A stretch of 64,000 nt of DNA from an uncultured Methanosarcinales archaeon (GTDB lineage: Archaea; Nanobdellota; Nanobdellia; Woesearchaeales; JAGVZT01): the NCBI GenBank assembly GCA_964354685.1, contig CAYHAM010000005.1, positions 9,942-73,941 of the forward strand, read 5' to 3'. The stretch's first letter is position 1. Every line of letters begins with the position of its first letter. The translations under genes and the position numbers were made by a program. Under the pieces are notes generated by a model that did not search any database, was not told the DNA's origin, and worked only from the letters and a program-made list of their open reading frames with translations. Below are positions 1 to 9,736 of this stretch, in pieces.

Positions 1-378
1 GCAGGTAATGCCAGCTCTGTTAGTGGTGATTGGTGGATTTATGATAATACTGATTTGAATATAACAGATTCTGGTGATTGGAATCTGACCGTAAAATGTA
101 TTGATTCAGGGTCTAGCTCTGATACAGAGTCTGTTAATTGGAGTGTTGCTTGGGGTGTTCTTGTGCCTTATATTATTACTGGAAGTAGGGGTGCACAGAA
201 CAATAGCGGGTTTACATTTACTGCTGGTGTTAATTGCACTGTTGGTGAGTGTGGCAACATAAATGCTACTCTTGACCCATATAAATTGAGAGATATGATT
301 GAGGAAGAGATTAGGAAGTTGGATGCGACACAAACCATAACATCAAACAAAAAAGAGAGGGTGATAAAGAATGGATAA
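1..378 (+). CDS. C-terminal end of a secreted/surface protein that begins upstream of the window (partial)
   Basis: Frame 1 is open from nt 1 to the stop at 378. It carries N-x-S/T sequons like the surface proteins that follow. Confidence 0.35.
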   Translation, partial: AGNASSVSGDWWIYDNTDLNITDSGDWNLTVKCIDSGSSSDTESVNWSVAWGVLVPYIITGSRGAQNNSGFTFTAGVNCTVGECGNINATLDPYKLRDMIEEEIRKLDATQTITSNKKERVIKNG

Positions 379-569
379 TTTGTTAAGAAAAAAAGAAAGT
401 AGGTTCCATAACCTGGAATTGCCTAGGCATAGGAACCATTTGGCCTCACAGTTGAATGATAATAGAGATGAGGTGATATATAAACCTTTCCACGAATGTA
501 TCGGAAATATTTTGGAAAAGCAGGGTAAAGAGATATTAAGCATTTGTCCAGATATAATATCTGGACAAA

Positions 570-667
570 GCCGTGGTCGCATAATCTGGTATTGCGAATG
601 GTTCAGGACCATTTGGCCTCACAGCCATGCGGGTTCGAACTTCTTTGCGGAAGTCCCGTCCACGGCG
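570..667 (+). tRNA. tRNA-Leu (anticodon CAG), type II with a long variable arm and a ~14-nt insertion in or after the T-loop
   Basis: Acceptor GCCGTGG/CCACGGC with discriminator G. Anticodon stem AATGG/CCATT, loop TTCAGGA. Variable-arm hairpin TGGC-CTCACA-GCCA. T-stem GCGGG/CCCGT, T-loop TTCGAAC followed by extra TTCTTTGCGGAAGT. Confidence 0.7.
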
Positions 668-801
668 TCTAAACCTTTTTCTGGGTTTATTTTTGACACT
701 TTAAAGTCTAATAATTTTTTAATTGATAAAAATAATGAGTTTATATTCACAGATTGTGGATTTCTAAACAATAAAAAAATCAAAAACGAGGTGATTTTGA
801 G

Positions 802-2325
802 ATGAATAAGAAAAGAATAGTTCTAGGATTGGTGGCTTTGAGCCTAGTTTTTTTGTTGGCAGTTGGTGCAAGTGCTAGTTTTTTTGATGCGCTTGCTGAT
901 TTGTTTGGGATAAGATATGCGGCACCAGAGATTGTGAATATCTCTGTTTATCCACAGAAGGTGATGCCTGATAGTGTTATGCTGACAACTGTTGAGGTAG
1001 AAGATAAGTATGGTATTAGTGAGGCAATAGCAATTATACCTAATGAAAAGGGTTCTGACACAATAAAAATGCATTTGATTAGCGGCAGCTCTAAAAAGGG
1101 TGTTTATCAGTGCAGCTGGATTGAGCATGATGCAAAGAATGAGAAGTGGTATAATACAACAGTTATTGTTACAAATGTTAAAGGAATGAGCAGTGAAGCA
1201 AAGATTGAGTGGCAGGATCCAACAAAGAGTCATCCTGCAAGTGAGGTTACTGCTGGAACTTTTGATTCTGGGAATTTCAGTTTTCCTGACAGAGTTGGCA
1301 TAGGGACAACAAATCCTATAGCTAAGCTAGAGGTCAAAGATTCTGGAACCGGTGGATTATCCTTGAATGTGACTGGTGATTTGTATGTTAATGATACTGC
1401 TAACGGCGTAGGTATTGGAACAACAAATCCTGCTGGAGCACTTCAAGTTCTTGGTGATGAAGTTAGAATTGGAACCCCAACATGTTCGGATGCCTATTCA
1501 GCTGGTGACCTTTGTATGAATGGTTCTATTGAATCAGAAGGAGCAATTTTTGTGGGTGATATGTGGCACGTTGGTTCAAAATTAAGGATGGGTATGGATA
1601 CTATGTCAAGTAATCAAACTATTGTAGGCATCGCCACTAATGATGCTGGTGCAACCAATAGATATTACATAAAAATGTGGTCAGACGTTGATGGGACACT
1701 AGATGCAGAGTTTAGATTTGCAACTAATGGTACTGCCTATGCAGACGGCACGTGGCAGACAGGTGGAGCAGACCTAGCAGAAATATTTTATTTCCAGGAT
1801 ATCTCAGTTGAACAAGGTGATCTGGTTGCTTTTGTCGGAGAAGAAATCCTAGGTAAAAGTGGCGGCAAACCTTATGATTCGTCAATTGCTGGAGTAATCT
1901 CCACCAACCCAGGATTTTTGGGCGGAGTCAAAGAAGAAGAAGAAGAAAATCCTCATTTTAAACCTGTGGCTCTTATTGGTCGCGCACCGGTTAAAGTGAA
2001 TTTGGAAAATGGTCCAATTGAGGTTGGTGACCCACTGACATCTTCTTCTCAACCTGGAGTTGCAATGAAGGCAACCAAGCCTGGAATCATCATTGGAAAA
2101 GCATTGGAAAGCTTTGATGGGGAATGTAATGATTCAATTGTTGTTAAGCAGGAAGGAAAGGAATACAAGGTTTGTAAGATAATGACTTTTGTCAATGTTG
2201 GATATTGGGAGCCTGAAAACAATGATGATAGCAGTAAAGATATCAGTGAACTTGAGAATGAAGTTATGAAACTAAGGTATGAGGTTGCAATGTTGAGGAA
2301 AGAGTTGGCTGAAGTACAAAAGTAA
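802..2325 (+). CDS. Secreted protein with tail-fibre-like VGIGTTNP repeats and a C-terminal coiled coil
   Basis: N-terminal signal peptide (hydrophobic stretch, then ASAS). Two GIGTTNP..L.V repeats. C-terminal heptad region ELENEVMKLRYEVAMLRKELAEV. Confidence 0.5.
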   Translation: MNKKRIVLGLVALSLVFLLAVGASASFFDALADLFGIRYAAPEIVNISVYPQKVMPDSVMLTTVEVEDKYGISEAIAIIPNEKGSDTIKMHLISGSSKKGVYQCSWIEHDAKNEKWYNTTVIVTNVKGMSSEAKIEWQDPTKSHPASEVTAGTFDSGNFSFPDRVGIGTTNPIAKLEVKDSGTGGLSLNVTGDLYVNDTANGVGIGTTNPAGALQVLGDEVRIGTPTCSDAYSAGDLCMNGSIESEGAIFVGDMWHVGSKLRMGMDTMSSNQTIVGIATNDAGATNRYYIKMWSDVDGTLDAEFRFATNGTAYADGTWQTGGADLAEIFYFQDISVEQGDLVAFVGEEILGKSGGKPYDSSIAGVISTNPGFLGGVKEEEEENPHFKPVALIGRAPVKVNLENGPIEVGDPLTSSSQPGVAMKATKPGIIIGKALESFDGECNDSIVVKQEGKEYKVCKIMTFVNVGYWEPENNDDSSKDISELENEVMKLRYEVAMLRKELAEVQK

Positions 2326-2356
2326 AGGAGGTTTATAGTGGAAAAGTAATAACTGA

Positions 2357-4120
2357 ATGACCAAAACAAAGCGTGCATTAATTTTTGTATTTTTGTTTTT
2401 GCTAGTGTTAGTTCTTCCTAACCTAGCCAATGCTGCTTTGAATTGTAGTGTCACTAATGAAACTTGTAATTATGCTAATGTTTTCCATATGTCTAATCTA
2501 AGTAATGCCCATGCTGAGCAGAGCAATGAGTCTGATTACAACTGGAGTGTTTGTTGTTATGATGACGAGGGTGTTGCAACCTTAGGAACAGGTTGTACCG
2601 AGTATTCTTATACAATACTACATTTGTCTAATTCAACCAATGCGCATGTTGAGCAGAGCAATGAGTCTGATTATGTATATAATGTTTGTTTGAATACAAC
2701 TCATGATGATATTTCATGTGTTTATGCCTCAAGTTGCAGTGGTTATGATACTTGTGTTGCTTCTATTTCTAATCACAAAGATGCTCATATTGGGGATTGC
2801 GTAACAGATCCTTACTCAATCTTGATTTGTTGTAATTTGCAGAGCAAGGGGGTTATATCAACTACTGTGGGCACACAACCATTTTACACTACTTCAAGTA
2901 ATCCTCAGACTTATTTGAATGAGTCTTGTTTGCAGAATATGAAAAAGGGTAATTCCTGCAATGTTACATGGAATGTTGTTCCAACTGGATTAATAGGGAG
3001 TATTTGGCAGTTCTTTACAATATTTGAATCAACAAATTATTCATCTTATGTTAGCCAGCAACACACATCAAAGGGTAATATCACTATTTCTGGTAATACA
3101 GCACCAAGTATCTCTACTCCAACTATTAATCCTGATCCTGCTTATACAGATAATGATTTATTGTGTTATGCTAATGCAACCGATGATTTTAACACAACCT
3201 TGACAATAGAGTATTGGTGGTATAATAGCAGCATTTTGTTCGCTTCTGGAAATTATACTGGCGCTAGCAATGGTTCTAACACTTTGGTAAACACTCTTGA
3301 TTCAAGCTATACTGTTAAAAATGAGACTTGGAACTGTACTGTTAGGGCTTATGATGGAACTGATTATTCTAATTATGCTAGTGCAACAAGGACTATTAGC
3401 AACTCATTGCCTGAACAAGTTGTTTTGGATTATCCTGAAGATAATGATACCACATTTACAAACAGAACTCCAAGGTATAATTGGACTAATGCAACTGATT
3501 TAGATGGTGATTCTATTAGTTATCATATTGAGGTTAGCAAGACTGAAAACTTTTCTGATGAGACTGTTAATGAGACAAGTATAACCAACAATTATTATGA
3601 CCAGCCAACAGAGCTTGATTTTGCAACCTATTGGTGGAGGGTTAGGGCTAATGACTCGGATGGTTATGGTGAATTCAGTGATGTTTGGAACTTTACATTA
3701 GTTACAAGCCCAACTATAACATTGGTTACTGATGTTGTAAATTTCACCAATATGGAGGTTGGAGAGTCAAATGATACCTCTGATAATAACCCAATACCCT
3801 TCAAGATACAGAATGATGGCAATATAGCAGCCAATGTTAGTGTTAATGCAACTGCTTTGTGGACAAGTAGTTATGCTCCTTTAAACACTTCATATTATCA
3901 GTTCAAAGCAAATTACAGTGATGAGGCTAACTCTTTTGATTATGCTAATTCAGCAACCACTTGGCAGAATATGTCTGATGTGAACAAGGATGTTGTGGCT
4001 ATTTTGAATCATACTGATGCAAATGATGTTGTTAATATTGATATTGGTGTATTGGTTGCATTGGATGAGCCTCCTAACTGGAAAACATCAAATGTTTTGT
4101 TTACAGCTGTGGAAACATGA
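2357..4120 (+). CDS. Cys-rich secreted glycoprotein with an internal NAHxEQSNESDY repeat and an FN3-like segment (YWWRVRA)
   Basis: Signal peptide, many CC and C-x-C motifs, dense N-x-S/T sequons. Its stop overlaps the next gene (ATGA). Confidence 0.45.
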   Translation: MTKTKRALIFVFLFLLVLVLPNLANAALNCSVTNETCNYANVFHMSNLSNAHAEQSNESDYNWSVCCYDDEGVATLGTGCTEYSYTILHLSNSTNAHVEQSNESDYVYNVCLNTTHDDISCVYASSCSGYDTCVASISNHKDAHIGDCVTDPYSILICCNLQSKGVISTTVGTQPFYTTSSNPQTYLNESCLQNMKKGNSCNVTWNVVPTGLIGSIWQFFTIFESTNYSSYVSQQHTSKGNITISGNTAPSISTPTINPDPAYTDNDLLCYANATDDFNTTLTIEYWWYNSSILFASGNYTGASNGSNTLVNTLDSSYTVKNETWNCTVRAYDGTDYSNYASATRTISNSLPEQVVLDYPEDNDTTFTNRTPRYNWTNATDLDGDSISYHIEVSKTENFSDETVNETSITNNYYDQPTELDFATYWWRVRANDSDGYGEFSDVWNFTLVTSPTITLVTDVVNFTNMEVGESNDTSDNNPIPFKIQNDGNIAANVSVNATALWTSSYAPLNTSYYQFKANYSDEANSFDYANSATTWQNMSDVNKDVVAILNHTDANDVVNIDIGVLVALDEPPNWKTSNVLFTAVET

Positions 4121-5316
4121 AAATAAAAACAATATTGTGGATGATTGTAGCATTGGTTTTGGTTAGTCAAAGCCTTGCGCTTGGAGTTGCACCAGGCCAT
4201 GAGGATATTGTTTTTGCTCCAAATGGCGAGCATAGGGTAAAACTAAAGATAATCAACAATGACAACAATGATCTTAGAGTGGTTTTGTATGCAGAAGGCG
4301 AGCTTGCAGAGTTTGTCACTTTTGATGATTTGACTATGGATATTAGAGCAGATGAAAAAGAGAGCTTTACTTATTATACATTGAAATTGCCTGAGAAGTT
4401 TGATAAGCAAGGCTTGCATAGTGCTAACATTGTTGTTAGACAGATTCCTCTAGAGAAAGAGGGTGAGGGTATTAGCATGGCTGCTAGTGTTGCTATTATA
4501 CATAAGCTGAATGTTATGGTGCCTTATTCTGGGAAGTATGTTGAGATAACATTGTTTAGTCCAAACTTTGAGGTTGGCAAGCAGAGCAATTTTGCAGTTG
4601 AGGTTAGGAATTTGGGAACAGATGATATTTTGCAGGCTCAGGCGATAGTCGATATTTACGGGCCTTTGAATAACAAGCTTGATACTGTTTATTCTGATAT
4701 TCAGCCAATAGCAGCAAAGGACAAGAAGATATTGGTTGCAAAGTGGATTCCTGCATTAGGTGCTGGGAGTTATTATGCGGTTGCAACTGTTGTTTATGAT
4801 GAGTTGAATGTTAAGGATGAGGCTCAGTTTAATATTGGGACAATGATTATAGATGTTGTTGATGTTAGTGTTACTGACTTTAAGCTTGGAGGCATAGCAA
4901 AGTTTGATATTTTGTTTAGCAGCAACTGGAACATACCTGTTGAGGGGGTTTATGCTGAGACAACTATAACTGATGAGTCTGGCAAGGTTTATACAAAGTT
5001 TAAGACTGCTGATGTTGATATGCCTGCGTTTGGTAAGGAGCGTGTTGATGCCTATTGGGATACTGCAACAGTTGGGCCAGGCAAGTACAAGATGAATGTG
5101 TTGTTAAATTACTTAGATAAAACTTCTGAGAAGCTGTTTGAAATAATCGTTTCAATGGACAAGATCCAGGCTAGTCCTGTTGGTAAGCTTATAACACCAA
5201 TCCAAGAAGATGGTGAAGAGTTAAAGATAACCTCTTTGGTTTATATACTTGCATTCCTTGTTGTTTCGCTGATAATATTCAATGTATATATGTATTTTAA
5301 AAAGTTTAGAAAGTAG
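4117..5316 (+). CDS. Surface protein with signal peptide and C-terminal TM anchor; paralog of 7704..8855
   Basis: Shares the NLGTxxIxxAxAIxDxY core region with the 7704 ORF. C-terminal hydrophobic helix plus KKFRK tail. Confidence 0.5.
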   Translation: MKIKTILWMIVALVLVSQSLALGVAPGHEDIVFAPNGEHRVKLKIINNDNNDLRVVLYAEGELAEFVTFDDLTMDIRADEKESFTYYTLKLPEKFDKQGLHSANIVVRQIPLEKEGEGISMAASVAIIHKLNVMVPYSGKYVEITLFSPNFEVGKQSNFAVEVRNLGTDDILQAQAIVDIYGPLNNKLDTVYSDIQPIAAKDKKILVAKWIPALGAGSYYAVATVVYDELNVKDEAQFNIGTMIIDVVDVSVTDFKLGGIAKFDILFSSNWNIPVEGVYAETTITDESGKVYTKFKTADVDMPAFGKERVDAYWDTATVGPGKYKMNVLLNYLDKTSEKLFEIIVSMDKIQASPVGKLITPIQEDGEELKITSLVYILAFLVVSLIIFNVYMYFKKFRK

Positions 5317-5361
5317 TAGCTAATATTCTTAGTCTAATGATTTTTAATTTTAAAATTATAA

Positions 5362-5407
5362 TTAGCGAGTTGCCAGTGTCTAACCACAATATTGGCAACT
5401 CGTGGTG
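5362..5407 (+). repeat. Hairpin element copy A (TTAGCGAGTTGCC-N19-GGCAACTCGTGGTG)
   Basis: 9-10 bp inverted repeat with a ~19-nt loop containing AACCACAA. Immediately follows the AT-rich TTTTAATTTTAAAATTATAA. Confidence 0.75.
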
Positions 5408-5477
5408 ATTATTATTGGTTTTTAACTAATAAGAGATGAACAAGGTGGTTTATAAGAAACAAGGGTTAATTAACAGA

Positions 5478-5525
5478 AAAATTTATATATGTAATATATA
5501 ATTAGTTTGAATTAGTATAAAAACA
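5478..5525 (+). promoter_or_regulatory. Archaeal TATA-type promoter region shared by all three cassette copies
   Basis: TTTATATAT and GTATAAAA boxes 20-60 nt upstream of the ATG. The same sequence recurs at 6633..6680 and 9410..9457. Confidence 0.4.
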
Positions 5526-5543
5526 AAAAAAAAGGTTGATAAA

Positions 5544-6242
5544 ATGGCTGAAGAGATTTCTAATAGAACATTGGCAATTATGTTGATTGTTGTTATGGCA
5601 ATATCTTTGGGAGGTACTATAATTAGCTTGAATAGGCTAACTCAATTGGGCTTTCCTGGTATAACAGGTGCTGCAACTGGCACAGGGACATCAACAGTGA
5701 ATATAACATCACAGGCATCGATAATTTTTCATGCTGGCAATAACACGGTTGCTTTTGGTAATGGATGGGTGAATAGCACAGAGAGCAGTGGAATTTGTGT
5801 TATGAGTGCTGTAAATAATAGTATTGGTACAATAAGTGCAGCTTGTAAAGGTAATTGGGCTGCTGGTAAGAGTGGGTTTATAATAGAAAACAATGGAAAC
5901 GTGAATCTTAGTGTTGAGGTTCATTCAGACAAAAACGCAACTGAGTTCTTAGGTGGTCAAACCTCTGGAACTAATAACATGAATTTCACTTTTAGGGCTT
6001 ACAACAATGAAACAGCATCATGCGCTTATATAAACGATAGTTGTAATAGTACTGTGTGGCTTGCTTGGCCAAGCGATGATGCAAAAACAGGGATTTGTAA
6101 TACCACTGGGGGTTTGGGTTATGATGACACTAAAGACTCAATGGTTATTGACCTTAACTTAAGCATAGACTACAGAACCAATAAAACTGGTAATGGTACT
6201 CAAACAGCAACAATAACAGCTACTGGTACTGCCCTTATTTAA
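5544..6242 (+). CDS. Secreted/surface paralog family protein (232 aa) with N-terminal signal-anchor
   Basis: About 85-90% identical to 6960..7661 and 9737..10441. Charged N-terminus, ~20-aa hydrophobic segment, many sequons. Ends TATITATGTAL. Confidence 0.55.
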   Translation: MAEEISNRTLAIMLIVVMAISLGGTIISLNRLTQLGFPGITGAATGTGTSTVNITSQASIIFHAGNNTVAFGNGWVNSTESSGICVMSAVNNSIGTISAACKGNWAAGKSGFIIENNGNVNLSVEVHSDKNATEFLGGQTSGTNNMNFTFRAYNNETASCAYINDSCNSTVWLAWPSDDAKTGICNTTGGLGYDDTKDSMVIDLNLSIDYRTNKTGNGTQTATITATGTALI

Positions 6243-6411
6243 CTAGATTTTTTTATATCTTTTTTTGTTTTTGGAAAAGAGAAAATGAGATTATTTTTTT
6301 CAATGTTATACTTACAAAAACTTATGCGGCTTGTTGTTCTTTTTATGAAACTTTAATAAAATTTAAACTTAGGTTGCTGATAGTCATTATTTTTTAATAT
6401 TATTATGATAA

Positions 6412-6461
6412 CTAGGGTCGCCTGATAAGTGCTCAAACATGTTATGTCAGGCTCCTGGTGC
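6412..6461 (+). repeat. Hairpin element, divergent copy with compensatory stem changes (GGTCGCCTGA..TCAGGCTCCTGGTG)
   Basis: Same architecture, different stem sequence, still perfectly paired. Followed by the conserved tail GTTTCTCTCTATACTCAAGGAGACAAGAAAC. Confidence 0.55.
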
Positions 6462-6700
6462 TTTTGTTTCTCTCTATACTCAAGGAGACAAGAAACCTTA
6501 GACCTTTACCCGCGGGTTAATTGAACGTGGTGTATAATTTGCACTGAATTATTTTAATAGTCTATATAACAGTCATTTGTAACCATTAAGGAATAAACAA
6601 CTGTTTTTTGTAAAGAATAATGGTTAATTAACAGAAAAATTTATATATGTAGTATATAATTGGTTTAAATTAGTATAAAAACAAAAAAAAGGTTGATAAT

Positions 6701-6955
6701 ATGGCTCAAGAGGATATTCCAAAAAGGGTGATTTTTGTTCTTTTGATTTTGACAATTGTTATTTCTGTTTTAGGAACTTGGACTGTTCTGGATGCTGTAA
6801 GCAGTGCCCAGCCAAGGGCTTTGCCAAGCACAGCACAGGGTAATGTTAATATTAACATTTTACCACCAAATTCTGGTCAACAAGAACCTGCAATACAAAA
6901 AGCTGAAGCTCAAGGTGTTGTGGGTTTAACAATTCTTGAACAAAAAGGAGGATGA
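6701..6955 (+). CDS. Small membrane-anchored/secreted protein (84 aa), present in two identical copies
   Basis: MAQEDIPKR, then a hydrophobic helix, then a Q/P-rich tail. Identical to 9478..9732. Confidence 0.45.
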   Translation: MAQEDIPKRVIFVLLILTIVISVLGTWTVLDAVSSAQPRALPSTAQGNVNINILPPNSGQQEPAIQKAEAQGVVGLTILEQKGG

Positions 6956-6959
6956 TAGA

Positions 6960-7661
6960 ATGGCTGAAGAGATCTCAAATAGAACATTAGCTATTTTGTT
7001 GATTGTTGCAATTGCAATATCTTTGGGAGGCACGATAATTAGCTTGAATAGACTGACACAAATGGGTTTTCCTGGTATAACAGGTGCTGCACAAACTGAT
7101 ACAGGGACAGCAACTGTTAACATAACATCACAGGCATCGATAATCTTTCATGCTGGCAATAACACGGTTGCTTTTGGTAGTGGATGGGTGAATAGCACAG
7201 AGAGTAGTGGAATTTGTGTTATGAGTGCTATAAATTCTAGTGATGGTACAGTAAATTCGGCTTGTAAAGGTAGTTGGGCTGCTGGTTTGAGCGGATTTAT
7301 AATAGAAAACAATGGAAACGTGAATCTTACTGTTGAGGTTCATTCAGATAAAAACTCAACTGAGTTCTTAGGTGGTCAAACTTCTGGAACTAATAACATG
7401 GCTTTCACTTTTATGGCTTACAATAATGAATCAGCATCATGTACTAGTTTGAACATTACTTGTGATAATGAGTGGTTTGCTTGGCCAGATAATGATGCAA
7501 AAACAGGTATTTGTAATTCCACTACTGGTGGCTTGGGTTATGATGACACTAAAGACTCAATGGTTATTGACCTTAACTTAAGTATAGACTACAGAACCAA
7601 TAAAACTGGTAACGGCACTCAAACAGCAACAATAACTGCTACTGGTACTGCCCTTACTTAA
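6960..7661 (+). CDS. Secreted/surface paralog family protein; start probably the internal ATG (track ORF 6936 uses an alternative start)
   Basis: Alignment with 5544 places the start at MAEEISNRT. Confidence 0.55.
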   Translation: MAEEISNRTLAILLIVAIAISLGGTIISLNRLTQMGFPGITGAAQTDTGTATVNITSQASIIFHAGNNTVAFGSGWVNSTESSGICVMSAINSSDGTVNSACKGSWAAGLSGFIIENNGNVNLTVEVHSDKNSTEFLGGQTSGTNNMAFTFMAYNNESASCTSLNITCDNEWFAWPDNDAKTGICNSTTGGLGYDDTKDSMVIDLNLSIDYRTNKTGNGTQTATITATGTALT

Positions 7662-7703
7662 CTAGATTTTTTTATATCTTTTTTGTTATTTGGAAAAGAG
7701 AAA

Positions 7704-8855
7704 ATGAGATTATTTAAGAGTTTAGGGTTCTTTGTTGTTTTGGGAGTATTTTTTATTTTTGTTAGCCCATTTGCCTTGGGAGTGAGTATACAGCCTGCTA
7801 AGTATAGCATCAACTTTGAGCCCAATCTTGAAAAAGATTTTGGTTTTTACATTTGTGGTGCTGCTAAAATCGAGACTTATCTTGATGGAGATTTAGTAAA
7901 ATATGCAACAATCATAGATAATGAACCAAATAGCAGTTGTAGGGATATTGTTGTAAGAGTAAGATTGCCTAATAAAATAGAAAAGCCTGGTAAAAACATA
8001 TTGTTGGTTGGTGCCAAGGAATTGATAGAGGTTGGTAGTGGGGTGGCTGGCCGTGCTGCTATACAAGCACCAATTGTTATATTTGTTCCCTATCCTGGGA
8101 TGTATGTTGAATGGAATTTTGTAGCACCAAATGTGAATGAGGGCGAAACTGTGCATTTTATTGTATCTGTCAGCAACCTTGGAACTAATAACATCCAAAG
8201 CGCAAGGGCTATAATAGATGTTTATGATGATAACTCAAAAATAAAAAGTCTTAATACAGATGAAAAATCAATACCATCAAAAGAAAGCGCAGAGTTTCCT
8301 CTGGATATGGAAACAACAGGAATGAAGGCTGGTTCTTACAGGGTTGTTACAACCTTGTATTATGATGGGAGATCTGATTTAAAGGAGAAGTCTTTTAACA
8401 TAGGAAGCTTGTATGTGGCAATAAACAATTACACCAAGGTTCTAGAGCAAGGCAAGATCAATAAAGTTGGTATTGAGATTGAGAGTAAATGGAATAACAA
8501 TTTACAGGATGTTTATAGTGCGGTAACTATAAATGGTGTTAAGGTTAAAACACCAAACTATGACCTAAAGGCATGGGAGACAAAAGAGATAGCTGCTTAT
8601 TACGACACAACTGGAATGGACATCGGAGAGTATGATGCACAAATAACCTTGTATTATGGGGGAAAAACAACAACTGAAGAGGGAAAGGTTTATGTTGTTG
8701 AGCAGAGTGAAGTGCAAAGCTCTGAGGCAAAAGAGGAAAAACCATGGAATATAAGTTTTAATATAACACCAACTACCCTCTTAGTAGCTATAATTATTAT
8801 ATTGGTTGTTGTTGACATTGTGTGGTTGATTATAAGAAGGAAAAATAAAAGGTAG
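7704..8855 (+). CDS. Surface protein with signal peptide and C-terminal TM anchor (paralog of 4117..5316); start likely ATG at 7704 rather than TTG at 7683
   Basis: MRLFKSLGFF signal. C-terminal TM plus RRKNKR tail. Confidence 0.5.
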   Translation: MRLFKSLGFFVVLGVFFIFVSPFALGVSIQPAKYSINFEPNLEKDFGFYICGAAKIETYLDGDLVKYATIIDNEPNSSCRDIVVRVRLPNKIEKPGKNILLVGAKELIEVGSGVAGRAAIQAPIVIFVPYPGMYVEWNFVAPNVNEGETVHFIVSVSNLGTNNIQSARAIIDVYDDNSKIKSLNTDEKSIPSKESAEFPLDMETTGMKAGSYRVVTTLYYDGRSDLKEKSFNIGSLYVAINNYTKVLEQGKINKVGIEIESKWNNNLQDVYSAVTINGVKVKTPNYDLKAWETKEIAAYYDTTGMDIGEYDAQITLYYGGKTTTEEGKVYVVEQSEVQSSEAKEEKPWNISFNITPTTLLVAIIIILVVVDIVWLIIRRKNKR

Positions 8856-8864
8856 TATGTTATA

Positions 8865-9281
8865 ATGAGATTCAAACAACTTTTATTAATACTTGTTCTT
8901 ATAGCTGTTGTTTGTGTTACATCAACAATGTTGTTTTATTCTTTCTATATTGTGGAGGACGTGAAGGTTATCCCAATGGATATGGTTGTTAGTGATCATT
9001 ATGGTTTTAATCTTGATACAGATGCTATGCATTTTGGGATGTCAACCAGCCCAGGCTCTACAAAAAGGGCTTTGAATATTTCCCAAAATGGTGAGCATCC
9101 ACTAATGGTTGAGATCAAGACGTATGGGGATATTGGTAACTGGGTTTATCCTGAAGATAATGGTTTTGTTTTGGAGCCAGGTATAATTAAAGAGGTTATG
9201 CTCAATATAAATGTACCAGAGAATATAGGGTATGGACAATATAATGGGACAATAAGTGTTTTCTTTAAAAGAATAATTTAA
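8865..9281 (+). CDS. Hypothetical secreted/membrane protein (138 aa)
   Basis: N-terminal hydrophobic helix. ORF only. Confidence 0.35.
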   Translation: MRFKQLLLILVLIAVVCVTSTMLFYSFYIVEDVKVIPMDMVVSDHYGFNLDTDAMHFGMSTSPGSTKRALNISQNGEHPLMVEIKTYGDIGNWVYPEDNGFVLEPGIIKEVMLNINVPENIGYGQYNGTISVFFKRII

Positions 9282-9477
9282 TCTTATTATATTATTAATT
9301 CACTGATTTATATTAATAAAATTAATACTATCATTTTTATTGAGGGATATTAGTTGTAACTATTTAGGAATAAACAACAATGTTTTGTAAGAAACAAGGG
9401 TTAATTAACAGAAAAATTTATATATGTAGTATATAATTGGTTTAAATTAGTATAAAAACAAAAAAAAGGTTGATAAT

Positions 9478-9732
9478 ATGGCTCAAGAGGATATTCCAAA
9501 AAGGGTGATTTTTGTTCTTTTGATTTTGACAATTGTTATTTCTGTTTTAGGAACTTGGACTGTTCTGGATGCTGTAAGCAGTGCCCAGCCAAGGGCTTTG
9601 CCAAGCACAGCACAGGGTAATGTTAATATTAACATTTTACCACCAAATTCTGGTCAACAAGAACCTGCAATACAAAAAGCTGAAGCTCAAGGTGTTGTGG
9701 GTTTAACAATTCTTGAACAAAAAGGAGGATGA
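9478..9732 (+). CDS. Small membrane-anchored protein (84 aa), identical copy of 6701..6955
   Basis: 100% identity. Confidence 0.45.
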   Translation: MAQEDIPKRVIFVLLILTIVISVLGTWTVLDAVSSAQPRALPSTAQGNVNINILPPNSGQQEPAIQKAEAQGVVGLTILEQKGG

Positions 9733-9736
9733 TAGA

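Larger units (their letters stand above)
5444..6300 (+). repeat. Cassette unit 1 of a tandem triplication (promoter + 232-aa gene + truncated downstream start)
   Basis: Near-identical to 6588..7720 and 9367..10500, but lacks the 84-aa ORF. The downstream MRLF gene start is truncated. Confidence 0.7.
6588..7720 (+). repeat. Cassette unit 2 (promoter + 84-aa ORF + 241-aa gene + start of downstream gene)
   Basis: Bases ~6621-6960 are 100% identical to 9398-9737. Confidence 0.7.

Noticed and set aside
6936-6959. N-terminal extension MNKKEDDR of the cassette paralogs (track ORFs 6936 and 9713); also 7683 TTG start
   Set aside because: Alignment with the copy-1 gene (5544) shows the conserved start is the internal ATG. 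The extension overlaps the 84-aa ORF and is probably not translated as part of the large protein.
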